Positions 1-8,930 of a DNA stretch of 64,000 nucleotides are shown in pieces (positions within the stretch are counted from its first letter, which is position 1; every line of letters begins with the position of its first letter). The notes below the pieces were generated by a model. The model was not told the origin of the DNA. It made no database searches and saw nothing but the letters and a program-made list of their open reading frames with translations. Source of the stretch: a virus (Duplodnaviria; Heunggongvirae; Uroviricota; Caudoviricetes); IMG/VR virus record IMGVR_UViG_2851938318_000001; one strand, given 5' to 3'. Made by a program: the position numbers and the translations under genes.

Positions 1-1056
1 ATGAGCGAAAACGGCAATAAAAACATAGCGATCGTTGAAGCATTTTCAGAAACAGATAAAAAGACAGGCGAAGTTGTTACGTTGGTTCCTAACACTAATA
101 ACACTGTTCAGCCTGTTGCTTTGATGCGTCTGGGCCTCTTCGTTCCGACGCTGAAATCGACATCCAGAGGAAGAAAGGGGCAAATGGTCTCTATGGATGC
201 CTCTGCTGAACTCAAACAGCTGTCTCTGGCAAAAGCCGAAGGGTACGAAGACATAAGGATCTCTGGCCTTCGGCTTGATATGGATAACGACTTTAAAACG
301 TGGGTGGGAATAATCCACGCGTTTGCCAAACACAAGGTCGTTGGCGATACTGTCACGTTGCCGTTCGTTGAGTTTGTAAGGCTGTGTGGCATTCCGACCG
401 CCAGGTCATCAGCGAAGTTACGCAAACGCCTGGACAGTTCGCTAAGCCGTATTGCCACAAATACCATCTCGTTCCGTAGCAAAGGCTCTGATGAGTTTTA
501 CGTAACGCATCTTGTGCAAACGGCAAAATATAGTGTCAAGCACGATACGGTCGAACTGAAAGCAGATCCCAAGATTTTCGAACTCTACCAGTTCGACAAA
601 AAGGTTCTTCTGCAACTCCGGGCTATAAACGAACTCTCAAGAAAAGAATCCGCTCAGGCGCTTTATACTTTTATTGAAAGTTTGCCGCCTGATCCGGCAC
701 CAATATCACTAGCCCGTTTACGCGCCAGACTTAATCTGACAAGTCGCACTATTACTCAGAATGCGACGGTAAGAAAGGCTATGGAACAGCTGCGAGAGAT
801 AGGATATCTCGATTACACGGAAGTTAAGCGCGGAAACTCGGTCTACTTCGTCATCCACTATAGGCGGCCAAAGTTACGCCAGGCACAAATATCAACAAAA
901 ATCGATAATGATGAGACGGAATATAGCCTCCCAGATGAGAATCAAGATGACATTATCGACGTTGTGCCTGACGAAAAAGAAGGCAAAATGGTCATGTTGA
1001 GTAAAGAAGAACTGGCGCTTCTCGAAGAGTTGCGCAAGGCAAAGACTCGCAAATAG
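1..1056 (+). CDS. repA: Plasmid/phage-plasmid replication initiator RepA (iteron-binding, P1/RepFIB-like)
   Basis: 351-aa ORF with RepA-like conserved blocks ([48 protein letters not shown]); followed directly by iteron-like repeats. Confidence 0.8.
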   Translation: MSENGNKNIAIVEAFSETDKKTGEVVTLVPNTNNTVQPVALMRLGLFVPTLKSTSRGRKGQMVSMDASAELKQLSLAKAEGYEDIRISGLRLDMDNDFKTWVGIIHAFAKHKVVGDTVTLPFVEFVRLCGIPTARSSAKLRKRLDSSLSRIATNTISFRSKGSDEFYVTHLVQTAKYSVKHDTVELKADPKIFELYQFDKKVLLQLRAINELSRKESAQALYTFIESLPPDPAPISLARLRARLNLTSRTITQNATVRKAMEQLREIGYLDYTEVKRGNSVYFVIHYRRPKLRQAQISTKIDNDETEYSLPDENQDDIIDVVPDEKEGKMVMLSKEELALLEELRKAKTRK

Positions 1057-1101
1057 CCCAACCACTGTAGTTAGTAGTAAGGCTCACTATCCACTGTAGT
1101 G
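1057..1101. repeat. Iteron copies (reverse orientation), the second truncated by the IS629 insertion
   Basis: aaccactgtagttagta and atccactgtagtg match the reverse complement of the CTCACyrTAGTGG iteron consensus seen at 3978-4162. Confidence 0.55.
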
Positions 1102-1155
1102 TGAACCGCCCCGGAAATCCTGGAGACTAAACTCCCTGAGAAAGAGGTAAACAGG

Positions 1156-1482
1156 ATGACTAAAAATACTCGTTTTTCCCCCGAAGTCCGTCAGCGGGCG
1201 ATTCGTATGGTTCTGGAAAGTCAGGATGAATATGACTCACAGTGGGCGGCAATTTGTTCCATTGCCCCAAAGATTGGCTGTACGCCGGAGACTCTGCGTG
1301 TCTGGGTTCGCCAGCATGAGCGGGATACCGGGGGCGGTGATGGTGGGCTCACCAGCGCTGAACGTCAGCGTCTGAAAGAGCTGGAACGTGAAAATCGTGA
1401 ACTGCGCCGCAGTAACGATATCCTTCGCCAGGCTTCCGCTTATTTTGCGAAGGCGGAGTTCGACCGCCTCTGGAAAAAATGA
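1156..1482 (+). CDS. IS629 transposase OrfA (HTH)
   Basis: 108-aa [18 protein letters not shown]..., identical in all six copies. Confidence 0.85.
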   Translation: MTKNTRFSPEVRQRAIRMVLESQDEYDSQWAAICSIAPKIGCTPETLRVWVRQHERDTGGGDGGLTSAERQRLKELERENRELRRSNDILRQASAYFAKAEFDRLWKK

Positions 1483-2369
1483 TGCCACTGCTGGATAAGC
1501 TGCGTGAGCAGTACGGGGTCGGACCGGTATGCAGCGAACTGCATATTGCCCCGTCAACGTATTACCATTGTCAGCAACAGCGACATCATCCGGATAAACG
1601 CAGTGCCCGTGCGCAGCACGACGACTGGCTGAAGAGAGAGATACAGCGCGTATACGATGAAAATCATCAGGTGTACGGTGTGCGTAAAGTCTGGCGTCAG
1701 TTGTTACGGGAAGGAATCAGGGTGGCCAGATGTACAGTGGCACGTCTCATGGCGGTTATGGGACTTGCCGGTGTTCTCCGGGGTAAAAAGGTCCGTACGA
1801 CCATCAGCCGGAAAGCCGTTGCCGCAGGCGACCGCGTAAACCGTCAGTTCGTGGCAGAACGACCTGACCAGCTGTGGGTGGCTGATTTTACTTACGTCAG
1901 CACATGGCAGGGCTTCGTCTATGTGGCGTTTATCATTGATGTGTTTGCCGGATACATCGTGGGGTGGCGGGTCTCATCGTCTATGGAAACGACATTCGTG
2001 CTGGATGCGCTGGAGCAGGCGTTGTGGGCCCGTCGTCCGTCTGGCACCATCCATCACAGCGATAAAGGCTCTCAGTATGTGTCACTGGCCTATACGGAGC
2101 GACTAAAAGAAGCCGGATTACTGGCATCAACAGGGAGTACAGGCGACTCGTATGACAACGCGATGGCTGAGAGCATCAATGGTCTTTACAAAGCGGAGGT
2201 AATACACCGTAAGAGCTGGAAAAACCGTGCAGAAGTGGAACTGGCCACACTAACGTGGGTGGACTGGTATAACAATCGACGATTGCTGGGAAGGCTGGGC
2301 CATACTCCTCCGGCAGAAGCAGAAAAAGCTTATTATGCTTCCATCGGAAACGATGATCTGGCAGCCTGA
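1479..2369 (+). CDS. IS629 transposase OrfB (DDE domain; normally expressed as OrfAB by -1 frameshift)
   Basis: 296-aa ORF overlapping orfA end at A-run (ggaaaaaatgatg). Confidence 0.85.
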   Translation: MMPLLDKLREQYGVGPVCSELHIAPSTYYHCQQQRHHPDKRSARAQHDDWLKREIQRVYDENHQVYGVRKVWRQLLREGIRVARCTVARLMAVMGLAGVLRGKKVRTTISRKAVAAGDRVNRQFVAERPDQLWVADFTYVSTWQGFVYVAFIIDVFAGYIVGWRVSSSMETTFVLDALEQALWARRPSGTIHHSDKGSQYVSLAYTERLKEAGLLASTGSTGDSYDNAMAESINGLYKAEVIHRKSWKNRAEVELATLTWVDWYNNRRLLGRLGHTPPAEAEKAYYASIGNDDLAA

Positions 2370-2411
2370 GTTCACAGATAAAACACTCTCCAGGAAACCC
2401 GGGGCGGTTCA

Positions 2412-2661
2412 GTGAGCCTTACTTATATCTGTAATTCGCTATCCACTATAGTGAGTATCGTTATCTGTTGATAACCACTGTAGGCAGTAGAATGCAAATA
2501 CTGAATGAAATGTTAGTGATCACTAACACTGATGAAACAAGGGCTGCGAGGTTAGTGGTCACTGGGTATCTTGGAAAATTTACTGTCTATAGTGGTTGTT
2601 GTCGCCCTCATCTTTGAGCGTATCCACTGTGGCGAGTGGATATCCACTGAAAACAGCAAAG
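2412..2661. repeat. Iteron copies in mixed orientation between the two tandem IS copies
   Basis: atccactatagtgagta, aaccactgtaggcagta, tactgtctatagtggtt, atccactgtggcgagtggat. Confidence 0.5.
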
Positions 2662-2715
2662 TGAACCGCCCCGGAAATCCTGGAGACTAAACTCCCTGAG
2701 AAAGAGGTAAACAGG

Positions 2716-3042
2716 ATGACTAAAAATACTCGTTTTTCCCCCGAAGTCCGTCAGCGGGCGATTCGTATGGTTCTGGAAAGTCAGGATGAATATGACTCAC
2801 AGTGGGCGGCAATTTGTTCCATTGCCCCAAAGATTGGCTGTACGCCGGAGACTCTGCGTGTCTGGGTTCGCCAGCATGAGCGGGATACCGGGGGCGGTGA
2901 TGGTGGGCTCACCAGCGCTGAACGTCAGCGTCTGAAAGAGCTGGAACGTGAAAATCGTGAACTGCGCCGCAGTAACGATATCCTTCGCCAGGCTTCCGCT
3001 TATTTTGCGAAGGCGGAGTTCGACCGCCTCTGGAAAAAATGA
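2716..3042 (+). CDS. IS629 transposase OrfA
   Basis: Identical 108-aa translation. Confidence 0.85.
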   Translation: MTKNTRFSPEVRQRAIRMVLESQDEYDSQWAAICSIAPKIGCTPETLRVWVRQHERDTGGGDGGLTSAERQRLKELERENRELRRSNDILRQASAYFAKAEFDRLWKK

Positions 3043-3929
3043 TGCCACTGCTGGATAAGCTGCGTGAGCAGTACGGGGTCGGACCGGTATGCAGCGAACT
3101 GCATATTGCCCCGTCAACGTATTACCATTGTCAGCAACAGCGACATCATCCGGATAAACGCAGTGCCCGTGCGCAGCACGACGACTGGCTGAAGAGAGAG
3201 ATACAGCGCGTATACGATGAAAATCATCAGGTGTACGGTGTGCGTAAAGTCTGGCGTCAGTTGTTACGGGAAGGAATCAGGGTGGCCAGATGTACAGTGG
3301 CACGTCTCATGGCGGTTATGGGACTTGCCGGTGTTCTCCGGGGTAAAAAGGTCCGTACGACCATCAGCCGGAAAGCCGTTGCCGCAGGCGACCGCGTAAA
3401 CCGTCAGTTCGTGGCAGAACGACCTGACCAGCTGTGGGTGGCTGATTTTACTTACGTCAGCACATGGCAGGGCTTCGTCTATGTGGCGTTTATCATTGAT
3501 GTGTTTGCCGGATACATCGTGGGGTGGCGGGTCTCATCGTCTATGGAAACGACATTCGTGCTGGATGCGCTGGAGCAGGCGTTGTGGGCCCGTCGTCCGT
3601 CTGGCACCATCCATCACAGCGATAAAGGCTCTCAGTATGTGTCACTGGCCTATACGGAGCGACTAAAAGAAGCCGGATTACTGGCATCAACAGGGAGTAC
3701 AGGCGACTCGTATGACAACGCGATGGCTGAGAGCATCAATGGTCTTTACAAAGCGGAGGTAATACACCGTAAGAGCTGGAAAAACCGTGCAGAAGTGGAA
3801 CTGGCCACACTAACGTGGGTGGACTGGTATAACAATCGACGATTGCTGGGAAGGCTGGGCCATACTCCTCCGGCAGAAGCAGAAAAAGCTTATTATGCTT
3901 CCATCGGAAACGATGATCTGGCAGCCTGA
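3039..3929 (+). CDS. IS629 transposase OrfB
   Basis: Identical 296-aa translation. Confidence 0.85.
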   Translation: MMPLLDKLREQYGVGPVCSELHIAPSTYYHCQQQRHHPDKRSARAQHDDWLKREIQRVYDENHQVYGVRKVWRQLLREGIRVARCTVARLMAVMGLAGVLRGKKVRTTISRKAVAAGDRVNRQFVAERPDQLWVADFTYVSTWQGFVYVAFIIDVFAGYIVGWRVSSSMETTFVLDALEQALWARRPSGTIHHSDKGSQYVSLAYTERLKEAGLLASTGSTGDSYDNAMAESINGLYKAEVIHRKSWKNRAEVELATLTWVDWYNNRRLLGRLGHTPPAEAEKAYYASIGNDDLAA

Positions 3930-3971
3930 GTTCACAGATAAAACACTCTCCAGGAAACCCGGGGCGGTTCA

Positions 3972-4180
3972 AAGGCTTACTCACCATAGTGGATACCCGC
4001 TGGACATCTCACTCCAATACTCACCATAGTGGTTGTTTGATGCGAATGAAAGGCTGTCTACTCGCTACAGTGGTTAGCAGATATGTAGGAAGGTTTTGTT
4101 ACTGACTACAGTGGATAATGAGCTGGATACGAATGCGGTGAGCAGACTACTCACCGCAGTGGTTGGTGCTATTAGTGTAT
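3972..4180 (+). repeat. Iteron array: five direct repeats at about 41-bp spacing
   Basis: tactcaccatagtgg at 3978 and 4018, tactcgctacagtgg at 4059, tactgactacagtgg at 4100, tactcaccgcagtgg at 4148. Confidence 0.6.
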
Positions 4181-4384
4181 TTTCTTCAACAGACCCCAAA
4201 GTGTTCCGGCTTTTGTAGTCAGTTTTCCTGTTTCTGGATCGTACATACGCCATTCACGCCGCTGGTGGACGATATACCCATCTTCACGTTCCAGACGCTC
4301 AAGAATGCCAGGCTGCTTGAAACCCTTAGCACGCCAGTAGCCGCTTGTTTTCTCGATTTCCAGACCTGCCAGTGTTAATGCCAT
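4172..4384 (-). CDS. Hypothetical protein (70 aa)
   Basis: ORF whose start is adjacent to the stop of the upstream 111-aa gene; no recognisable domain. Confidence 0.35.
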   Translation of the reverse strand: MALTLAGLEIEKTSGYWRAKGFKQPGILERLEREDGYIVHQRREWRMYDPETGKLTTKAGTLWGLLKKIH

Positions 4385-4719
4385 TATCCAACCTCCTTGC
4401 AGTCATCGAAAAGGTAGCTTTGCTGAGAAGCGTGAACGCCATAGAAGCCCTTGTATTTGTTGTATACGAAGTGGTCTTCTCCGACGCCGGTTAATTTGCC
4501 ATTACGATTTGTGAGATATGGGGATGACAACACTCGATCGTCACGCACAACATAGAACTGGTCGCCGCTGTCTACGACCATCGCTCCATATGGTGCTTTT
4601 ATGACGTCGGTAAGAGCGCCATTCTTAACGTCGGCTACAGACATTTCACACTGATAAACAGTGGTGTCGGCCACAACGATCGAAGAAAGGAACAACAGCG
4701 CGAATGGGATGGCCTTCAT
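4384..4719 (-). CDS. Hypothetical secreted protein (111 aa, N-terminal signal peptide)
   Basis: MKAIPFALLFLSSIVVA signal-like N-terminus; start overlaps the stop of the upstream small ORF (ATGA). Confidence 0.5.
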   Translation of the reverse strand: MKAIPFALLFLSSIVVADTTVYQCEMSVADVKNGALTDVIKAPYGAMVVDSGDQFYVVRDDRVLSSPYLTNRNGKLTGVGEDHFVYNKYKGFYGVHASQQSYLFDDCKEVG

Positions 4720-4895
4720 GCTGCCACCTCTTTGATTACATCAAATGCTGAATTAAATACGAGCACGATAGCCAAAGCGTTTATGACTACGTCGTGCACC
4801 GGGGAAAAGACTTTACGAATGACACCAGTGAAAATGCAGTCGATGACAAAAGCTATTGAAACGATGAGTAACAAGTATTCAATAAAAATCTTCAT
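4716..4895 (-). CDS. Small hydrophobic protein (59 aa, below the ORF-track cutoff)
   Basis: Hand translation MKIFIEYLLLIVSIAFVIDCIFTGVIRKVFSPVHDVVINALAIVLVFNSAFDVIKEVAA; stop overlaps the next start. Confidence 0.35.
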   Translation of the reverse strand: MKIFIEYLLLIVSIAFVIDCIFTGVIRKVFSPVHDVVINALAIVLVFNSAFDVIKEVAA

Positions 4896-4934
4896 GATAG
4901 GTAGATACTAACTTATATAAATTTTACTGTAAAC

Positions 4935-5210
4935 TCACTCAAAAGTGCTGATGCTTAAAATACGCTCAAGATGTTCGGCATCTTCATCACTGATTTGTTG
5001 AGTCTCTTCTACGTACCAACAGTTGCCGTTATGCCAACAAACACCATCATCATCAACCATCACTGAATCAGCGTCATGACCTGTATATTCAACGAGAATA
5101 CGCTGGATCAGCGCGTCAGTTTCTTCGTCGTTAAGGCCATCGGCTTTGACCATAAAAAGCGGAAACACGTCATAGACAGTGCTGGTAACGATTCGAACTA
5201 AAACTCTCAT
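4935..5210 (-). CDS. Hypothetical protein (91 aa)
   Basis: ORF in the same-strand gene series; no recognisable domain. Confidence 0.4.
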   Translation of the reverse strand: MRVLVRIVTSTVYDVFPLFMVKADGLNDEETDALIQRILVEYTGHDADSVMVDDDGVCWHNGNCWYVEETQQISDEDAEHLERILSISTFE

Positions 5211-5265
5211 GTGTTTTTCCTTTTGTGGTTAGTGTTTACTTATTTTGTTAGTTATGAATAGGCGA

Positions 5266-5691
5266 TCAATCTTCTTGTTTAGGGAAAAACTGTTCAATAA
5301 CTCTGTCAACGGCTGTGTCTATATGGAGTAGATGCCACACAACCATATCTTTGCTTCCCATGCCTTGTGTGAATATCACGTCATACTTACGCCATGCGCA
5401 GTGGAACCAATATGCTGAGTCATCAATTGGTAAATCCTCTCCCGCCTCTTTGAAGTATTTCAGCAGCATTGCCTGCTCTGCCGTTGGCGTTGGACCTATT
5501 TCCTGAGCGTACATACGGATGAATCGCTGCCAGTCTGTCTCGTCGGTGGTCGGATCTGGTGGATTCATTTCGGCGATAGCGTTTCGTAGCTGATGCGCCC
5601 AATCAGGTTCAGGAAAGCCTTTTGCTGCTTCATCATCAATAACATCCAGAGCCACGTTTGCGGCATCGTAGAGTTTCTTAATAGCTGTCAT
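5266..5691 (-). CDS. Hypothetical protein (141 aa)
   Basis: ORF with AAGGA RBS 8 nt upstream, preceded by the palindromic TTTTAAACAAATTGTTTTCT motif. Confidence 0.5.
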   Translation of the reverse strand: MTAIKKLYDAANVALDVIDDEAAKGFPEPDWAHQLRNAIAEMNPPDPTTDETDWQRFIRMYAQEIGPTPTAEQAMLLKYFKEAGEDLPIDDSAYWFHCAWRKYDVIFTQGMGSKDMVVWHLLHIDTAVDRVIEQFFPKQED

Positions 5692-5740
5692 GTTTTCTTA
5701 TCCTTTTAAACAAATTGTTTTCTTAATAAGATAATTGCGA

Positions 5741-5765
5741 TAAAAAAGGCGTCCAACTGGACGCC
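5741..5765 (-). terminator. Rho-independent terminator downstream of the SPFH gene
   Basis: ggcgtcc-aact-ggacgcc stem-loop followed by a T-run on the minus strand. Confidence 0.55.
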
Positions 5766-5782
5766 TGAACTTTTTAGGGGAG

Positions 5783-6613
5783 TTATTTCACTGTAATGAA
5801 AGGAGTGTTAGCCCCTTGAGTCATGTACTGCGGTAACTGGCCATTCCATTTATTGATGGCTTCCAATTCCATAACGTTCGGGTTTTGACGCAGAGCTTCA
5901 CCGCGCAGACGAATGGCGTCTGCTTCTGCTTGCGCACGAGCACGGATAGCATCAGCTTCACCATTAGCCTGTTCACGTAGCATATTCGCCTCAGCTTTAC
6001 GTTGTTCAACTTCCTGCTGACGTTGCAGAGTACGCTGGTTAGCCGTTACTTTGGCGTTAATAGATTCAATGACAGTTTTTGGGTAATCAGGCTTTCCAAC
6101 CCATGACAGGCTCAGTACCTCAATACCAACCGGAGACATCTCTTTCTGAATATCTTTCAGTGCGTTGTCCAGCAATTGTGCCTTACCACCGTCGATAAAT
6201 GAGTCAGTGGTCATACGGCTGGCCAAACGGTTTAGAGAGTCGGCAATTTTCTGACGCAGATCTGATTCGGTGATATCGTCTACGCCTTTGCGATAGGTCT
6301 GGAACACCGTCGTTACCTTGTCACGATTAACCAGATACGCAACGCCAATTTTGTGACCAATAGCAGTACCGTCACTCATCTGGAATGTGAACGGCTCGTC
6401 GTAGGTCTTCATTTGTTTGAAGGTCGGGAATACGTAAAGTTCGGTGTTAAGACCTGTCCATTGGCGACCAACGCCAACCACTTCACCAATCCCTTTGTCT
6501 TCACCTAATTTGTTTACTTTGATGCCAACGTATCCAGGCTCCACGCGATCGCAGCCAGTAAGACCCATTGTGCAAATAGCCGCCAGAGCAACTGCAAGTA
6601 AACCTTTCTTCAT
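5783..6613 (-). CDS. SPFH/band-7 (prohibitin/HflC-like) domain lipoprotein
   Basis: Lipobox LTGC after signal peptide; SPFH-like core and C-terminal Ala/Glu/Arg coiled-coil. Confidence 0.65.
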   Translation of the reverse strand: MKKGLLAVALAAICTMGLTGCDRVEPGYVGIKVNKLGEDKGIGEVVGVGRQWTGLNTELYVFPTFKQMKTYDEPFTFQMSDGTAIGHKIGVAYLVNRDKVTTVFQTYRKGVDDITESDLRQKIADSLNRLASRMTTDSFIDGGKAQLLDNALKDIQKEMSPVGIEVLSLSWVGKPDYPKTVIESINAKVTANQRTLQRQQEVEQRKAEANMLREQANGEADAIRARAQAEADAIRLRGEALRQNPNVMELEAINKWNGQLPQYMTQGANTPFITVK

Positions 6614-6616
6614 TAC

Positions 6617-6817
6617 TTATTTCCCCTTTGCTTTGATTAATGAGTTGATAAACTTACGACCAGCAATAAGACCGATTACAGGAGCACCAAAACCAACGAT
6701 AACTCCAAACATGACGGCTAAATCACTCTTGGTAGAAATCAGCGACGGAACCAGTAAACCGTAGATGAGAGCCACTGAAAGGCCTGTGGTTACTGCCAAT
6801 AGATAGATTTTGATCAT
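6617..6817 (-). CDS. Small membrane protein (66 aa) immediately upstream of the SPFH gene
   Basis: Two predicted hydrophobic helices; 3-bp gap to SPFH start. Confidence 0.5.
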   Translation of the reverse strand: MIKIYLLAVTTGLSVALIYGLLVPSLISTKSDLAVMFGVIVGFGAPVIGLIAGRKFINSLIKAKGK

Positions 6818-6879
6818 GTGTTTTCCTATGTGGTTGTTATGCGAAAATAATAAGTAAGTACTTATATATTTTCAAGAGA

Positions 6880-6907
6880 TAAAAAAGGCGTCCTGTGGAC
6901 GCCTTGT
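6880..6907 (-). terminator. Rho-independent terminator downstream of the recA-like C-terminal fragment
   Basis: aaggcgtcc-tgtg-ggacgcctt stem-loop followed by a T-run on the minus strand. Confidence 0.55.
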
Positions 6908-6909
6908 GT

Positions 6910-7620
6910 TTACTCTTCTACTGACTCGGTGGGATTGTCTTTTGATCTCCGGTCGTCGATTGCCTGTAAAGCCGCAATGATTTCAGCTAGTGGCTTCTCC
7001 CGATACATCTCGACGATCTGTGATTTGGTGTATTTCTTGTCACCAATTTCTACGCGCCCGCTGGCGTTCTTTGGCAGGTATCCTTCATCCAGCATGTACT
7101 CGACGAGCGATTCGATAACGTCGAGGCCACGAGTAGGATCGAAGTAGAATTTCCAGGTGCACTTGCCATACGGTGGTGCAACTTTGTTTTTGATGCACTC
7201 TGCGCCTACGTCCTGACCGATCTTCTCTTTACCATCCTTCATCACCGATGCACCAAGACGGATACGTACAGAAGCGTAGAACTTCGGTGAATCTCCACCT
7301 GGCGACGTAGTAGGGTCGCCAAACATTACACCGATTTTTGTGCGAACCTGATTCAAGAAGATGATGCAGGCGTTGTATTTGCGTGCCCACAAAGCCAGAG
7401 TAGGGAAGTTCGCACTCGTCGCACGAGCCAGTGCCGTATTGTCGTTCATGTTTAGCTGATCTTTGTCTTTGGCAGTGCCTTCAGCCATCTTTTCGAACTT
7501 CTCGGCTTTGGAGTTCGGAACCATAGACGCAAGAGAGTCAGCCACGATACAGATAGGTGCTGATTCGGGGATAAGCTCTTCATCACGAACCAATTTAAGT
7601 ATTGTGCCGATCAACTCTAC
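6910..7620 (-). pseudogene. RecA-like recombinase, C-terminal fragment (interrupted by IS629 copy 3)
   Basis: Translation VELIGTILK...CIVADSLASM...NACIIFLNQVRTKIGVMFGDPTTSPGG...KFYASVRIRL matches RecA core motifs; ORF runs to the IS boundary. Confidence 0.75.
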
Positions 7621-7674
7621 TGAACCGCCCCGGAAATCCTGGAGACTAAACTCCCTGAGAAAGAGGTAAACAGG

Positions 7675-8001
7675 ATGACTAAAAATACTCGTTTTTCCCC
7701 CGAAGTCCGTCAGCGGGCGATTCGTATGGTTCTGGAAAGTCAGGATGAATATGACTCACAGTGGGCGGCAATTTGTTCCATTGCCCCAAAGATTGGCTGT
7801 ACGCCGGAGACTCTGCGTGTCTGGGTTCGCCAGCATGAGCGGGATACCGGGGGCGGTGATGGTGGGCTCACCAGCGCTGAACGTCAGCGTCTGAAAGAGC
7901 TGGAACGTGAAAATCGTGAACTGCGCCGCAGTAACGATATCCTTCGCCAGGCTTCCGCTTATTTTGCGAAGGCGGAGTTCGACCGCCTCTGGAAAAAATG
8001 A
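7675..8001 (+). CDS. IS629 transposase OrfA
   Basis: Identical 108-aa translation. Confidence 0.85.
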   Translation: MTKNTRFSPEVRQRAIRMVLESQDEYDSQWAAICSIAPKIGCTPETLRVWVRQHERDTGGGDGGLTSAERQRLKELERENRELRRSNDILRQASAYFAKAEFDRLWKK

Positions 8002-8888
8002 TGCCACTGCTGGATAAGCTGCGTGAGCAGTACGGGGTCGGACCGGTATGCAGCGAACTGCATATTGCCCCGTCAACGTATTACCATTGTCAGCAACAGC
8101 GACATCATCCGGATAAACGCAGTGCCCGTGCGCAGCACGACGACTGGCTGAAGAGAGAGATACAGCGCGTATACGATGAAAATCATCAGGTGTACGGTGT
8201 GCGTAAAGTCTGGCGTCAGTTGTTACGGGAAGGAATCAGGGTGGCCAGATGTACAGTGGCACGTCTCATGGCGGTTATGGGACTTGCCGGTGTTCTCCGG
8301 GGTAAAAAGGTCCGTACGACCATCAGCCGGAAAGCCGTTGCCGCAGGCGACCGCGTAAACCGTCAGTTCGTGGCAGAACGACCTGACCAGCTGTGGGTGG
8401 CTGATTTTACTTACGTCAGCACATGGCAGGGCTTCGTCTATGTGGCGTTTATCATTGATGTGTTTGCCGGATACATCGTGGGGTGGCGGGTCTCATCGTC
8501 TATGGAAACGACATTCGTGCTGGATGCGCTGGAGCAGGCGTTGTGGGCCCGTCGTCCGTCTGGCACCATCCATCACAGCGATAAAGGCTCTCAGTATGTG
8601 TCACTGGCCTATACGGAGCGACTAAAAGAAGCCGGATTACTGGCATCAACAGGGAGTACAGGCGACTCGTATGACAACGCGATGGCTGAGAGCATCAATG
8701 GTCTTTACAAAGCGGAGGTAATACACCGTAAGAGCTGGAAAAACCGTGCAGAAGTGGAACTGGCCACACTAACGTGGGTGGACTGGTATAACAATCGACG
8801 ATTGCTGGGAAGGCTGGGCCATACTCCTCCGGCAGAAGCAGAAAAAGCTTATTATGCTTCCATCGGAAACGATGATCTGGCAGCCTGA
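7998..8888 (+). CDS. IS629 transposase OrfB
   Basis: Identical 296-aa translation. Confidence 0.85.
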   Translation: MMPLLDKLREQYGVGPVCSELHIAPSTYYHCQQQRHHPDKRSARAQHDDWLKREIQRVYDENHQVYGVRKVWRQLLREGIRVARCTVARLMAVMGLAGVLRGKKVRTTISRKAVAAGDRVNRQFVAERPDQLWVADFTYVSTWQGFVYVAFIIDVFAGYIVGWRVSSSMETTFVLDALEQALWARRPSGTIHHSDKGSQYVSLAYTERLKEAGLLASTGSTGDSYDNAMAESINGLYKAEVIHRKSWKNRAEVELATLTWVDWYNNRRLLGRLGHTPPAEAEKAYYASIGNDDLAA

Positions 8889-8930
8889 GTTCACAGATAA
8901 AACACTCTCCAGGAAACCCGGGGCGGTTCA

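Larger units (their letters stand above)
1102..2411 (+). mobile_element. IS629/IS1203-like IS3-family insertion sequence, copy 1 (1310 bp)
   Basis: Terminal inverted repeats TGAACCGCCCCGG...; orfA/orfB pair; 3-bp flanking duplication GTG. Confidence 0.85.
2662..3971 (+). mobile_element. IS629/IS1203-like insertion sequence, copy 2
   Basis: Same ends and ORFs as copy 1; 3-bp flanking duplication AAG. Confidence 0.85.
7621..8930 (+). mobile_element. IS629/IS1203-like insertion sequence, copy 3 (recombinant flanks)
   Basis: Flanks CTAC (left) and ACT (right) do not match each other but match the flanks of inverted copy 4. Confidence 0.85.

Noticed and set aside
1237-1557. 106-aa antisense ORF inside each IS629 copy, and the 60- and 61-aa ORFs inside orfB
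   Set aside because: Fully contained within the transposase genes in other frames; repeated identically only because the IS is repeated.
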